Assembly (NCBI GenBank): GCA_965248695.1
Contig: CBDFKD010000001.1
Location: 32,001 to 96,000 of the forward strand
Direction of reading: 5' to 3'
Length of the DNA stretch: 64,000 nt
Origin: Acidobacteriota bacterium
GTDB taxonomy: Bacteria; Acidobacteriota; UBA890; WLXD01
The translations under genes were made by a program, and so were the position numbers. Below the pieces are notes generated by a model. It worked only from the letters and a program-made list of their open reading frames with translations, was not told the DNA's origin and did no database searches. Below are positions 1 through 9,990 of the stretch, one piece after another; the first letter of the stretch is position 1, and each line of letters begins with the position of its first letter.

Positions 1-576
1 GCTGACGTAGGCACGCGCGAAGCCGCCTTCCTCCTCGCCGTCAGCGGACACTGTGATCGCCTCGAGATCCCACGCAATCAGCGCGTTGATGCGGTCCGAT
101 TGCAGGCCGCTGCCCTGCAGGTAGTCCTCCAATGCGACCCGGCGAACCGCGCGTTCGAGCCTGCTGCTGACCACGAGGTTGCCCGTCTCCCGCGCGTAGT
201 AGCGGCCCCGGAGGCCGAGCTCCTCGTCGGGCTCCAAAAGCAGATAGCCGTCGAGAGTCTCGTCAACGATCTGTTGTTGGAGCGACGTGGTGGCATCCGT
301 GATTTCGGATGCTGCGAGCGAGCGCACCGCGGTGACCTCGAGGGTGAAGTCGTCGATCTCGGCGAGACGATCAGCGATCTGCGAACCGCTACCGGTACCG
401 ACGTCGACGACGGCAATGCGGAGCTCCTCGATGTCGGCCCGCTGCAGCAGGCTGGGAATGAAAACCCACATCGACATGAATACCGGAACCAGCAGGGTTC
501 CGATTACGAACCACTTGTTGCGCACCTTGGCGATGAACTCCCGCCGAGCAATATTGAATACCTGCGTCACGCTCAT
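1..576 (-). CDS. ABC transporter permease, NatB/YhaP-like (runs off the window end)
   Basis: ATG at 576 overlaps the ATPase stop (ATGA); reads MSVTQVFNIARREFIAKVRNKWFVIGTLLVP followed by a TM helix and extracytoplasmic loop. Confidence 0.85.
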   Translation of the reverse strand, partial: MSVTQVFNIARREFIAKVRNKWFVIGTLLVPVFMSMWVFIPSLLQRADIEELRIAVVDVGTGSGSQIADRLAEIDDFTLEVTAVRSLAASEITDATTSLQQQIVDETLDGYLLLEPDEELGLRGRYYARETGNLVVSSRLERAVRRVALEDYLQGSGLQSDRINALIAWDLEAITVSADGEEEGGFARAYVS

Positions 577-1544
577 GACGCTCCCGCCTCGCTCACCAGC
601 TCACCCTCCTCGGTGAGCACCAACTGCGGGTCCCCCTCGGCGCGGTGTCCCACCTTGTCGAGGAAGATCTCCTCCATGGACGGCTGCTCGGCACTGAACG
701 AGCTCAGCTGGACACGCTCCAGCAGCGCGCCCAACAGAACCTGTGTGTCGGCTCCGGGTTCCAGCTCCAACCGCGCTGACCGCCCGGAATCATTGATCTT
801 CGCCACGCCGGGCAATCCGTTCAGCCCGTCGCCCGATCCGTCGTACTGGATGGCCAGCGTGTTGCGGCCGTGCGCTGCGCGCACGTCGCTGAGCGCGCCG
901 TTGAGCACCAAGTCGCCGCGATGAATCAGCCCGACGAAATTGCACATTGCTTCGACCTGCTCCATGCGGTGCGACGACAGGATCACGGTGCAGCCGCGCT
1001 CGTTCTGTTCCAGGATCAGCTCCTTTAGCAGCCGCGTGTTGATCGGATCGAGCCCGGTGAACGGCTCATCGAGGACGACCAGCTCGGGCTCGTGAATCAC
1101 CGCCGCGGCGAACTGCACCTTCTGCTGCATCCCCTTGGAGAGCTCGTTGGTGGCCGACTTGGTGCGATCCCCGAGCTCGAGCCGTTCGAGCCACGCCGTA
1201 GCCCGGCGGGTTGCCTCGGCGTGGCTCAGGCCACGGATGGTTCCCAGGAATGAGAGTTGCTCGAGCACCTGCATCTTGGGGTACAGGCCGCGCTCCTCCG
1301 GCAGGTAGCCGACGCGAGCCCGAATCTCCAGCGGGTCCTTGGATCCGAGCAGTCGGACCTCGCCGCGGTCGGGCAGATAGATGCCCAGACAGGTACGGAT
1401 CGTGGTCGTCTTGCCGGAACCGTTCGGACCCATGAGGCCGAAAATGCAGCCGGTCGGCACCTCCAGGTCAAGCGAGTTGACGGCGACGACGCCGTCGAAC
1501 TCCTTCACCAGGCCAGTCGTCCGAAGTGCGGGCTGCTCAGTCAT
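573..1544 (-). CDS. ABC transporter ATP-binding protein (NatA/YhaQ-like)
   Basis: Walker A GPNGSGKT, signature LSKGMQQK, Walker B VVLDEP; start placed at MTEQ. Confidence 0.93.
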   Translation of the reverse strand: MTEQPALRTTGLVKEFDGVVAVNSLDLEVPTGCIFGLMGPNGSGKTTTIRTCLGIYLPDRGEVRLLGSKDPLEIRARVGYLPEERGLYPKMQVLEQLSFLGTIRGLSHAEATRRATAWLERLELGDRTKSATNELSKGMQQKVQFAAAVIHEPELVVLDEPFTGLDPINTRLLKELILEQNERGCTVILSSHRMEQVEAMCNFVGLIHRGDLVLNGALSDVRAAHGRNTLAIQYDGSGDGLNGLPGVAKINDSGRSARLELEPGADTQVLLGALLERVQLSSFSAEQPSMEEIFLDKVGHRAEGDPQLVLTEEGELVSEAGAS

Positions 1545-1701
1545 GGGTCGACGGTAGCCTCGGGGCCTTGCCCCCACAAGCCGCCTCCGCTCGGGCGGCG
1601 GCGCAGACCACTGGACGGTTCGCCGCCGCCGCTGAGCGGTAGATGCAACAAAGGCCGGGAATGTCGCCGACATCCCCGGCCAAGGTCACGCCGAAAAGAG
1701 C

Positions 1702-2316
1702 TCAGCCGCTGGCTTGCGCCCGCCGACGGTCGACCTCATCCCAGTTGACGACGTTCCAGAATGCGCCGATGTAGTCGGGGCGCCGATTCTGGTAGTTCAG
1801 GTAATAGGCATGCTCCCAGACGTCCAGCCCGAGGATAGGCGTGTGCCCCTGCATGTGCGGGGAGTCCTGGTTGGCGGTCGAGTAGCACTGCAGGGCGCCA
1901 TCGCCGTCGACGACTAGCCATGCCCAGCCGCTACCGAAGCGGGTGGCGCCGGCCTTCGAGAAGGCGTCCTTGGAGGCGTCGAAGCTTCCGAACGCGGCGT
2001 CGATCGCCGCAGCGAGATCTCCGCCCGGCGCGCCGCCTGCGTCCGCTGACATGATCGACCAGAACAGTGAGTGGTTGGCGTGGCCGCCACCGTGATTGCG
2101 CACCGCGCCACGGATGCCCTCGGGCACCGAGTCGATACCGCCGAGCAGGTCGGGAAGGCTCTTTCCCTGGAGGTCGTCATGGCCGTCCAGTGCGCCATTC
2201 AGTCCGGCGACGTAGGCGGCATGGTGCTTGTCGTGGTGAATCTCCATCGTGCGCGCGTCGATATGCGGCTCGAGCGCATCGAAGGCGTATGCGAGATCGG
2301 GAACTTCATGGGCCAT
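1702..2316 (-). CDS. sodA: Superoxide dismutase, Mn-type signature
   Basis: [36 protein letters not shown]; GGAGG RBS before MAHEV. Confidence 0.93.
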   Translation of the reverse strand: MAHEVPDLAYAFDALEPHIDARTMEIHHDKHHAAYVAGLNGALDGHDDLQGKSLPDLLGGIDSVPEGIRGAVRNHGGGHANHSLFWSIMSADAGGAPGGDLAAAIDAAFGSFDASKDAFSKAGATRFGSGWAWLVVDGDGALQCYSTANQDSPHMQGHTPILGLDVWEHAYYLNYQNRRPDYIGAFWNVVNWDEVDRRRAQASG

Positions 2317-2480
2317 CGAAGGGTCCTCCATCGGATAATCGCGTGGGGCCGGCGCCGCGGGTCAGCTGATCCATCGAGCTCCCGCTCCACGGCAGCAAGG
2401 CTTGCCGGCGCCGTTGTCTGACGCCGGCACGGTTACGGGAGCCGCGACGGCATCCTCTCATATCCTCGCCGCGACGGCGA

Positions 2481-4163
2481 TCAGCGCTGGCGAGATGCTG
2501 CCCGGGCGGCGCTGAACTCGGATCCCTCCGACCACGCTGGCCAGTCGGCGCCCTCGCTTAGCTCGAAGCCGGCGGCGAAGAGCGCGCGCAGATCTGCCTC
2601 AGCTCCGGCTAGATTCCAGGTCGCGTCGAACTCGTCGCTGGGGCGATGGTAGTGGAGCGAGTTGTACTGTCGGCGGACGAGATCGGAGTAGTCGTCGGGG
2701 CGTCCGATAAAACGGACGCCGGCATCGGTGTACAGCGCCGGTATGCCGATCTTGGCCAAGGGAAAGTGGTCGGATCGATAGTAAAAGCCCTTGTCCGGCT
2801 CAGGATCGGGGCTGAGCGTTCGGCCCACGGGCTCGATGGCGCGAAGCAAGACATCGTCGAGCTGCGAGTTCCCGAGGCCGACCACCGTGATGTCCTCGGT
2901 CTGGCCCCAGATATTGAGGCCGTCGATATTGATCGCCGCCACCGTAGCGCCCGGCGCCACCAGCGGATTGGCAGCGTAGTACGCCGAACCGAGAAGGCCC
3001 TTCTCTTCCAGCGTCGTTGCAACGAACAGATGCGAGCGGCGCGTGGGTTGCTCGAGCGACGCGTAGGCCTCGGCGATCTCGAGCAGGCCGGCGACGCCGG
3101 TGGCGTTGTCGAGCGCGCCGTTGTAGATGCCGTCGCCCTCGATTCCTGGATCCTCTCCGAGGTGATCCCAGTGGGCCGTCCACAGGATGTACTCGTTGGC
3201 GGCGTCTTCGTCGCGTCCGCGCAGCTGGCCGACGACGTTGTACGAGGAGATTCGGCGCAGGTTGTTGTCGATGTGCACCGTCATCGCGGCGCCGAGGTCC
3301 ACGGGCTCGAAATCGGGGCTCGCAGCGTCGGCAATTGACTCGGCAAGGATGAGCCCGGCGGCGGTGAATAGCTCGTCGGCGGTACGCTGCGAGACCCAGC
3401 CTTCGAAGCGAACCGGGGCTGGCTGATCGGTTGGCGCCGGCAGGCTGAACTGTGGCCCGGTCCAGGAACTGCGAACCACGTCCCAGCCGTAGCCCGCCGC
3501 GTCGGTCTCGTGCACGATGAGCACGCCGGCGGCCCCCTGCCGCGCCGCTTCCTCGTACTTGTACGTCCAGCGGCCATAGTAGGTCATCGCGTCGTCACCG
3601 AACTTCCCGGGCACCGGCGGGTCGTTGACTAGCAGCACGACGATGGCACCGCGCAGGTCGCGCTTGTAGTCGTTCCAGTCCTCTTCGGGCGCCACCACGC
3701 CGTATCCGGCGAAGATCAGCGGGGCGGTGACATCGATTGCCGGCTCCTCGTGACGCGTCCACGCGACGAAGTCGTCGCCGTAGGCCAGGTCGTCCAGCTG
3801 GCCGCGCTGGGCAGCTGCACGGCTCCGGGGGGCCCGAAGACGCGCAGTGGTGGGGTTAACCGTTATCTCGGCCACCGGAACCCGTTGTCGCCATGTAGCG
3901 GCGCCGTCCGCGCCAGGGTCGCCGAACGGCTCGACACCGATGCGCTCGAGCTCTCCTTGCAGGAAGCTGAGCGTGATGGGCTCGCCACGACCGGCGGGTC
4001 CGCGTCCGGCGAAGTCGTCGGAGGCCAGCGTCCGTGTGAGGCGGGCGACGTCGGCCGCGCTGATCGTCGCCGCGCCGCTATTGGCATCGGGGCCGGAGCA
4101 CCCCGCCGTCAACAGCGCCACGACCATCGTCGCCGCGGCGACGGGCCGACGTTCCGAGCTCAT
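2481..4163 (-). CDS. M28 family metallopeptidase lipoprotein with PA domain
   Basis: Lipobox LTAGC; TAHWDH, GALDNATG, LEEKGLLGS, RSDH, YHRPSD. Confidence 0.9.
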   Translation of the reverse strand: MSSERRPVAAATMVVALLTAGCSGPDANSGAATISAADVARLTRTLASDDFAGRGPAGRGEPITLSFLQGELERIGVEPFGDPGADGAATWRQRVPVAEITVNPTTARLRAPRSRAAAQRGQLDDLAYGDDFVAWTRHEEPAIDVTAPLIFAGYGVVAPEEDWNDYKRDLRGAIVVLLVNDPPVPGKFGDDAMTYYGRWTYKYEEAARQGAAGVLIVHETDAAGYGWDVVRSSWTGPQFSLPAPTDQPAPVRFEGWVSQRTADELFTAAGLILAESIADAASPDFEPVDLGAAMTVHIDNNLRRISSYNVVGQLRGRDEDAANEYILWTAHWDHLGEDPGIEGDGIYNGALDNATGVAGLLEIAEAYASLEQPTRRSHLFVATTLEEKGLLGSAYYAANPLVAPGATVAAINIDGLNIWGQTEDITVVGLGNSQLDDVLLRAIEPVGRTLSPDPEPDKGFYYRSDHFPLAKIGIPALYTDAGVRFIGRPDDYSDLVRRQYNSLHYHRPSDEFDATWNLAGAEADLRALFAAGFELSEGADWPAWSEGSEFSAARAASRQR

Positions 4164-6238
4164 CGAGTCGTCTTGGTCGCCGACACGTTGCTACCGGGCC
4201 GCATGTCGAACGTAACCGATAGCGACCGCGGCGGCCCGAGGAGTAGCACTGAGGTGCGCCCTACCTCCAGACGCTCATCGAGGAGGTTCTGGGCCCGAAG
4301 CCCTAGCGTCAGCTGATCGGAGAAATGCCAGTCGAACGCTGCATCGAGGCTGCTGCCGGAGGCCAGTGGGCGGAAGTTGAGGTCGTCCTCGAACTGCTCT
4401 CCGGTGAGGTGCAGGCCGACCAGCGCCCCCCATCGATTCTCGGTCCACGCCAGCGATCCGCGCAGACGATAGGTGGGCACCTGCGGCAGCCGGTTGCCAA
4501 CCAGCGACACCAAGGGCTGTCCGGACACCACCAGATTCTCATCGATGCGTGTGCTGATCAGCGAGCTGACCACGTTGGCGGTAAACCCACCACGCTGCAG
4601 CGACGCGTCGATCTCCACCCCACGTACGGTTGCAGCGCCGAGGTTGAGGCGTTGGCGCAGAAGTAACGTGGGCGTGCTGCCGACGGTGGCATTGATCACC
4701 GCGTTGCGCAGCCGATTCCAGTAGCCGGTGATCCCAAGGCGGAATCGGCCTCCGGAGACCGCACTTCCCGACGACCAGTCGGCGCCGATCTCGGCGCCGG
4801 TGAGGCGCTCCTCGGTGAGCTCGTCGTTGGCGCGTGTGGAGACGTTGCCGACGCGGAACGCCCGATAGAGCTCGTTGAGAGTCGGAGCACGGAACGATCG
4901 ATAGCCGGCGGCACGCAGTCGCCAGTCACCGGTAGGGCTGAAAACCACGCCAGCACGAGACGACAACGTCGATCGCGAGCGCGACGGATCGTCCGGATCG
5001 CGCGGGTTGTTATGCCAGCTGTCGCCGCGCAACGAGGCGTCGAGGTGCCACGAATCTCCGGCGCGCGCCTGTGCCGAGACGAACACCCCGCCAACGTTCT
5101 GCGTGCCCCCCGGATCGCGCGAGAACCCGGCTAGAAGCACGTCCTCGTTGCTCACTCCGCCGACCCGGCGCCAGTCCGCTCCGGCGCCGAGCACCAGGCC
5201 CTCACCGTACTGGCGCCAGGCATTGGCGGTGAGCCCGGTTTCCCAGGACGGTACTTCTTGATCTAGCACCGCCAGCTCGCGCGAGCGCGCCGCGATGACG
5301 GCGGAGAAACGGCTGTTGAACCGCTGCCGCCGCACGAACCCAGCTACCCGGTGTCCGTCGGTACCCGTGCCGCCGCTGTAGGACACGCTGAGGCCGAATG
5401 CGCGCGTCGAGTTTGTTTGTTCTGGCGTGCCGTTGTCGCGCGCCTCGTGGAACGCCTCGAGCCCCACGAGCAGTCCCGGCGCCAGATTGGCCCGTAGCAT
5501 CGCCGTCTGATGGCTGGTCCCAACCTCCTGGTCCACCGCGCCGCGGTCGGCGTCGCTGACTGCGATGTAGCCGCCTGTGTCGAAGGCGTCCGCAGCCAGG
5601 ATTAGGTTTTGCTTGGCGTTGCCAGCCGTCAGCGCGAAGCCGCCGCCGAAGGTTGACTGATTCCCGGCCCGACCATGGACCTGCACGCTCCCGCGACCAG
5701 CCCGCGGCGGACGGGACACGATCTGGAGCGTACCGGCCAGCGCCTGGTTGCCGAACGATCCCGAAGCTCCGCCGAGCACTATCTCGACGCGCTCGATGAG
5801 TAGCGTGGGCGTGCGGCTCCAGTACACCCAGCCGCCGAACGCATCGGTGTGCGGCAGGCCGTCGAACAGCACGAGTGCGCGACTCGTTCCGCTGGGAGAC
5901 ACGCCGCGAAGATTGAGTCCCTGTGACGTCGGGTGCGCGGCGCGCGCCGGGCTGCGTCTGAGAAGGCTGAACTGCGGCGCCCAGCGCAGCGCCTCGTCGA
6001 GCCCGAGCCCCGGGCGCCGGCGTAGTTCGTCGGCACTGACGATAGTGGCGTGTGCGGAGATCTCCTCCAGGTCGAAGGGCCGTCGCGTCGCGGTGACCGT
6101 GATGATCTGTTCGAGGCGCTGCTCCTGCGGTTCCTCCTGTGTCTGCGGTTCCTGCGCCGACGCTCGAGGTGCGGTCAAGGTCATGGCACCCGCCAGAAGG
6201 ATGGCACCAGCGCTCACCGCTGGGCTTTTGCTCGTCAT
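4160..6238 (-). CDS. TonB-dependent outer membrane receptor
   Basis: Signal peptide, TonB box-like EQIITVTATR, plug LRG...IERVEIVLG, FRAPTLNELY, barrel end NLLDE...GPPR. Confidence 0.9.
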   Translation of the reverse strand: MTSKSPAVSAGAILLAGAMTLTAPRASAQEPQTQEEPQEQRLEQIITVTATRRPFDLEEISAHATIVSADELRRRPGLGLDEALRWAPQFSLLRRSPARAAHPTSQGLNLRGVSPSGTSRALVLFDGLPHTDAFGGWVYWSRTPTLLIERVEIVLGGASGSFGNQALAGTLQIVSRPPRAGRGSVQVHGRAGNQSTFGGGFALTAGNAKQNLILAADAFDTGGYIAVSDADRGAVDQEVGTSHQTAMLRANLAPGLLVGLEAFHEARDNGTPEQTNSTRAFGLSVSYSGGTGTDGHRVAGFVRRQRFNSRFSAVIAARSRELAVLDQEVPSWETGLTANAWRQYGEGLVLGAGADWRRVGGVSNEDVLLAGFSRDPGGTQNVGGVFVSAQARAGDSWHLDASLRGDSWHNNPRDPDDPSRSRSTLSSRAGVVFSPTGDWRLRAAGYRSFRAPTLNELYRAFRVGNVSTRANDELTEERLTGAEIGADWSSGSAVSGGRFRLGITGYWNRLRNAVINATVGSTPTLLLRQRLNLGAATVRGVEIDASLQRGGFTANVVSSLISTRIDENLVVSGQPLVSLVGNRLPQVPTYRLRGSLAWTENRWGALVGLHLTGEQFEDDLNFRPLASGSSLDAAFDWHFSDQLTLGLRAQNLLDERLEVGRTSVLLLGPPRSLSVTFDMRPGSNVSATKTTR

Positions 6239-7224
6239 TGGATCGCCCTCGACGCGTTCGGGGAAATGAGTGCGGGTAGGGTAGCGAGATCGACATTGCC
6301 TCCGGAGAGGACGACGATCACGCGGCTACCTGGCTCTAAAGGTAACCGGCGCTCCAGCAGTGCCGCGACTGGTGCGGCGGCGGATGGCTCGATGAGCAGC
6401 TTCGCCCGCTCGATGACCAGGCCGAGGGCGGCGCCGATCTCGTCATCGGAAACCAACACGACCTGCTCGACGAACTGCTGCGCGGCGTCGAGGTTCAGAT
6501 GCCCGACGAACGGCGGAGAGAGACCGTCGGCGATCGATTCCACATGGTCGAGCTGCACCGGCTCACCGGCAGCGAGGGCAGCGGTCATCGTCGCCGCGCC
6601 TTCTGGCTCGACGGCGAACAGGCGCATGCCCTTGTCAAGGCCGCCGTAGGCGACCCCCAGACCGCCGCACAGTCCGCCGCCGCCAACGCCACAGACGATC
6701 GCGTCCGCGTCGGGCATCTGCGCTTCGATCTCCAGGCCGAGTGTGCCGTGACCGGCGATCAGCATCGGATCATCGAACGGGTGCAGCAAAGTGAGCCCGC
6801 GCGACAGGCGCAGCTCCTCGAGCTTCTCGAAGGCCGCGTGCACGTCGCCGTGCAGCACCACCTCGGCGCCGTAGTCGCGGGTTGCCGCGACCTTGCTGGC
6901 CACCGCGTTCTCCGGCATGACGAGTACCGCGTGGACACCGGCGGTGCGCGCCGCGAAGGCTACCCCCTGGGCATTGTTGCCTGCCGAGATCGTGATCACC
7001 CCGGCGTCGCGCTGCTCCTGCGACAGCGTCGCGATGCGGTTCAGCGCCCCGCGTGGCTTGAACGAACCCGTCTTTTGCAGGCACTCGCACTTGAGCCAGA
7101 CTTCCAGACCAGTGCGCTCCGACAGGGTGCGCGACGACAGCAGCGGGGTGCGATGCAGGTGCGGCGTCACCCGTGGTACGGCGGCGCGGACATCGTCGAT
7201 TCCCGGCAGCTGCAGATTCCCCAT
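6235..7224 (-). CDS. PLP-dependent threonine/serine dehydratase or serine racemase-like enzyme, no ACT domain
   Basis: QKTGSFKPRG PLP lysine, SAGNNAQG, GVGGGGL, LSGGNVD. Confidence 0.88.
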   Translation of the reverse strand: MGNLQLPGIDDVRAAVPRVTPHLHRTPLLSSRTLSERTGLEVWLKCECLQKTGSFKPRGALNRIATLSQEQRDAGVITISAGNNAQGVAFAARTAGVHAVLVMPENAVASKVAATRDYGAEVVLHGDVHAAFEKLEELRLSRGLTLLHPFDDPMLIAGHGTLGLEIEAQMPDADAIVCGVGGGGLCGGLGVAYGGLDKGMRLFAVEPEGAATMTAALAAGEPVQLDHVESIADGLSPPFVGHLNLDAAQQFVEQVVLVSDDEIGAALGLVIERAKLLIEPSAAAPVAALLERRLPLEPGSRVIVVLSGGNVDLATLPALISPNASRAIQ

Positions 7225-7334
7225 GGGGCGGCACACTAGCAGGTCGCTGCACGATACGTTCCGTCACCGTATACTGGCCGCGGCCCGGCGCATCCTGGTG
7301 CGCCTCTTGGCCCGAGCGACTCCGGAGCTAGGCG

Positions 7335-7949
7335 ATGCTGAGCGACTTTCTACACGCACTGCGGCGCGGCCGCTTCGACCAGCTGCGCTACTTCCGCCAC
7401 ACTCACTCGCCGCTGTCTCCATGGCGCGCCACGATCAACGAGGTCGTGCGGGCTGCGGCGCAGGAGGCGGAACGGTACGGCATCCGCGCCGGGGTCGATC
7501 GCCGCCGGGCGTATCAAGTGGCGCGCATGGTGGTTTCCAACCGCCATGGCGAGCATCTGTCGGATCAGGTTCCGGATGCGTACCTGGCGTACTCGCCACC
7601 GTCCGCGGCCACTTTCCACAACGGCAAGCGGAGCTACCCAGCGCCGCAACAGCGTCGGCGCGAGTTCCTCGCCCATCCACAGACACTGGCTTATATGTAT
7701 ACGCCGCCCAAGCTGTCGCGGCTCGGGCTGGGCGGATCGATGGCGGGTGGCGTGGCGGTGATCGAGCCCGGCGACGAGGCCGGGATAGCCTCCAAGACCG
7801 TCATGGCCCGGCTTCAGAAGCTCGGCGCCGGCAAGGCACCGCCGTCCGATTTGGGCGCCTACGCCGATGTCCTGTTGAAGTTGCACGCTGGCCTGCCGGT
7901 CGAGGCGCCCGCCGACGATCCCGAGGAGCCGCAGGAACAGGCCGCCTGA
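7335..7949 (+). CDS. Hypothetical protein
   Basis: 204-aa ORF with GGAG RBS, fills the intergenic gap and is followed by a hairpin; no family recognised. Confidence 0.65.
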   Translation: MLSDFLHALRRGRFDQLRYFRHTHSPLSPWRATINEVVRAAAQEAERYGIRAGVDRRRAYQVARMVVSNRHGEHLSDQVPDAYLAYSPPSAATFHNGKRSYPAPQQRRREFLAHPQTLAYMYTPPKLSRLGLGGSMAGGVAVIEPGDEAGIASKTVMARLQKLGAGKAPPSDLGAYADVLLKLHAGLPVEAPADDPEEPQEQAA

Positions 7950-8029
7950 CGCACGGGTAGAACGCACGCGAATGTCGGCCTCACAGGTCGAGCACACGGA
8001 CGCGTGCCTCCCGGGTCGGATGCACAAGA

Positions 8030-8061
8030 AAGGGCGACCGATCAGCGATCGGCCGCCCCTT
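8030..8061. terminator. Probable bidirectional intrinsic terminator
   Basis: AAGGGCGACCGATC-agc-GATCGGCCGCCCCTT inverted repeat between convergent genes. Confidence 0.7.
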
Positions 8062-8078
8062 GATGTCGAGATCCGAGC

Positions 8079-8858
8079 TCAGGGCTTGCGGAACTTGAGC
8101 ACGTAGCGGTCGGTCTTGTAGCGCCCGTCATCGAAACCGGACGTAGTGTGGTCGTCGTCCGGGTTGCGCAGGATGTCGGAGCTGCCGGCAAGCTCGAACC
8201 CGCCGGCGGTGAACTCGTCGATCACCGTTTGCTCGTTCAGCCGGTGGGTCTCCTCGTGCCAGCCCTCATGCGGCGTGGCAACCTCGACGATGCCGACGAT
8301 GCCACCGGGCTTCATTGCTCCCAACAGCTGTCCCACGGTGGCCTGGCGACCGCCGCCGAACTGCTCGGCATCGTGGTAGTTGCGCACGGCGATCGCCACA
8401 TCGAGGCTGCCCGCCGGAACGTCGGCAATCCCGTTGACGACCTGGACGTTTCCGAGCCCGTCGCTGGCGACGCGCTCATTGATGGCGTCGAGCGTCGCGA
8501 ACTGCCCGTCGGCATAGAACTCCATCACCGCGTATACAGTACCGGCGTCACCCATGAGTCGGGACAGCAGGTGCGTGTTGTATCCGCCGCCGGGCCACAC
8601 GTCGGCCACGGTCGTTCCCGGCTCGACGCCGAAGAACTCGTACACTTCGAGCGCCTTGCGATACTCGTCCTGGGCGACCTCTTCCTCGGGCCGGGCTGCG
8701 TCAGCCAGCACGCCGCGGTCGAGTCCGGGGGGCATCTCCTCGGCCGGCTCCTCGGCCGCTGGTGCCTCCGCGGTCTCTTCGGCTGCGCCGCAACCGATGG
8801 CGCCAACCGCGACGATCAGCACGAACGCCAGTGTCCAAGGCCAGGTTCGTCTCTGCAT
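8079..8858 (-). CDS. Predicted class I SAM-dependent methyltransferase (COG4798-like), lipoprotein
   Basis: Lipobox AIGC; VADVWPGGGYNT, RNYHD, MKPGG, LRNPDD; AGGGAG RBS. Confidence 0.85.
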   Translation of the reverse strand: MQRRTWPWTLAFVLIVAVGAIGCGAAEETAEAPAAEEPAEEMPPGLDRGVLADAARPEEEVAQDEYRKALEVYEFFGVEPGTTVADVWPGGGYNTHLLSRLMGDAGTVYAVMEFYADGQFATLDAINERVASDGLGNVQVVNGIADVPAGSLDVAIAVRNYHDAEQFGGGRQATVGQLLGAMKPGGIVGIVEVATPHEGWHEETHRLNEQTVIDEFTAGGFELAGSSDILRNPDDDHTTSGFDDGRYKTDRYVLKFRKP

Positions 8859-8946
8859 CCTGTGGCTCTCCCTGTTTGAGGCGGCTATGGACCGCGAGTC
8901 GTGACCCATCCACGACTCCGCGGAGCAGGACCGCCGAGGCAACCGG

Positions 8947-9756
8947 CTAGTTGGCCGGCTTGCGGTATTTGTGAACGAAACGGTGCACGTAATAGCGGTG
9001 GATCGGGGCGTCGGCTTCCTCGCCTCGCTCGCCCGCGCGCTCGCGCCCATCGAAATCGTACGTGTCGTCGGGGTTCAAAAGCACGTCCGACGCCTCGACG
9101 AACTCGAATCCGGCCGAGGTGATCTCTTCGCGCGACAGGTCGTCATTGATGCGATGGACCGGCTCGTCGCGCTCGTCGGTCTTGTTCGTGTAGGCATCGA
9201 CGACAGCGAAGATCCCGCCGGGCTTGAGCACGCGCATGAAGGCCGGTAGGGCGGCCAGTCGGTCCGGAGCCTCGCCGAGGTCGTGGTAGTTGCGCACTGT
9301 CAGCAGTACGTCGAGCGAGTTCTCCGCCACCTCGGTCGGGTCGGCGACAACCTCGAGGTTGCTGAAGCCGAAAGGATCCAGCCGTCCGGCGAAGCGCTCG
9401 CGGCTCCGTGCCACGCGCTCCGGATCGGCAGGTGCGGGCCCCAGAATCGCCACCACGCTTCCGGTGTCGCCGACGAGCTGGGTCACGATCGCGGTGTTGT
9501 ATCCGCCGCCTGGCCACAGATCGCCAACCGCGACGCCCTCTTCGATGCCGAAGAACTCGTAGACCTCGAGCGGCTTGAAGCCGGCATCGCGGTAGTGATC
9601 GTCTTCGCTGCGCGCCGGATGATCGAGCGCCGATACGGCAACGGGCTCTGGGGCAGCAGCGGCCGGTTCAGCGGGGGGCTCGCTGCCACCGCCACATCCG
9701 ACGGCGAACATACCGACTGCGAGAAGGCTCACGGCAACGGAACAGGACTGGCGCAT
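8947..9756 (-). CDS. Predicted class I SAM-dependent methyltransferase (COG4798-like), lipoprotein; paralog of the neighbour
   Basis: Lipobox AVGC; VGDLWPGGGYNT, RNYHD, LKPGG, LLNPDD. Confidence 0.85.
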   Translation of the reverse strand: MRQSCSVAVSLLAVGMFAVGCGGGSEPPAEPAAAAPEPVAVSALDHPARSEDDHYRDAGFKPLEVYEFFGIEEGVAVGDLWPGGGYNTAIVTQLVGDTGSVVAILGPAPADPERVARSRERFAGRLDPFGFSNLEVVADPTEVAENSLDVLLTVRNYHDLGEAPDRLAALPAFMRVLKPGGIFAVVDAYTNKTDERDEPVHRINDDLSREEITSAGFEFVEASDVLLNPDDTYDFDGRERAGERGEEADAPIHRYYVHRFVHKYRKPAN

Positions 9757-9990
9757 CGTTACTCTCCTTGAGGGGGGACTCCGTAACTCGTTTCGCGGCG
9801 TCGGCGGTGCGCTCGGGGCGGCCAGCCAGTTCTGACCAGCTGATCTTGCACTGCGCCGGTTTCGGATTCGCGCCCGCCTAGGATAGTCGCCGACCTCGGG
9901 CAGCGATAGGCCGACCGCGCAGGCGCATTGTCCGCCCGGCCACTAGAGTATCGGGCACGGGTTCCGGTCAACTGCGAGGGGGTGGGGGAG

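Noticed and set aside
7698-7745. YTPPKLSRLG resembles a lasso peptide leader motif YxxPxLxxxG
   Set aside because: Internal to a 204-aa ORF, no conserved Thr at -2, and no lasso cyclase, peptidase or RRE gene nearby
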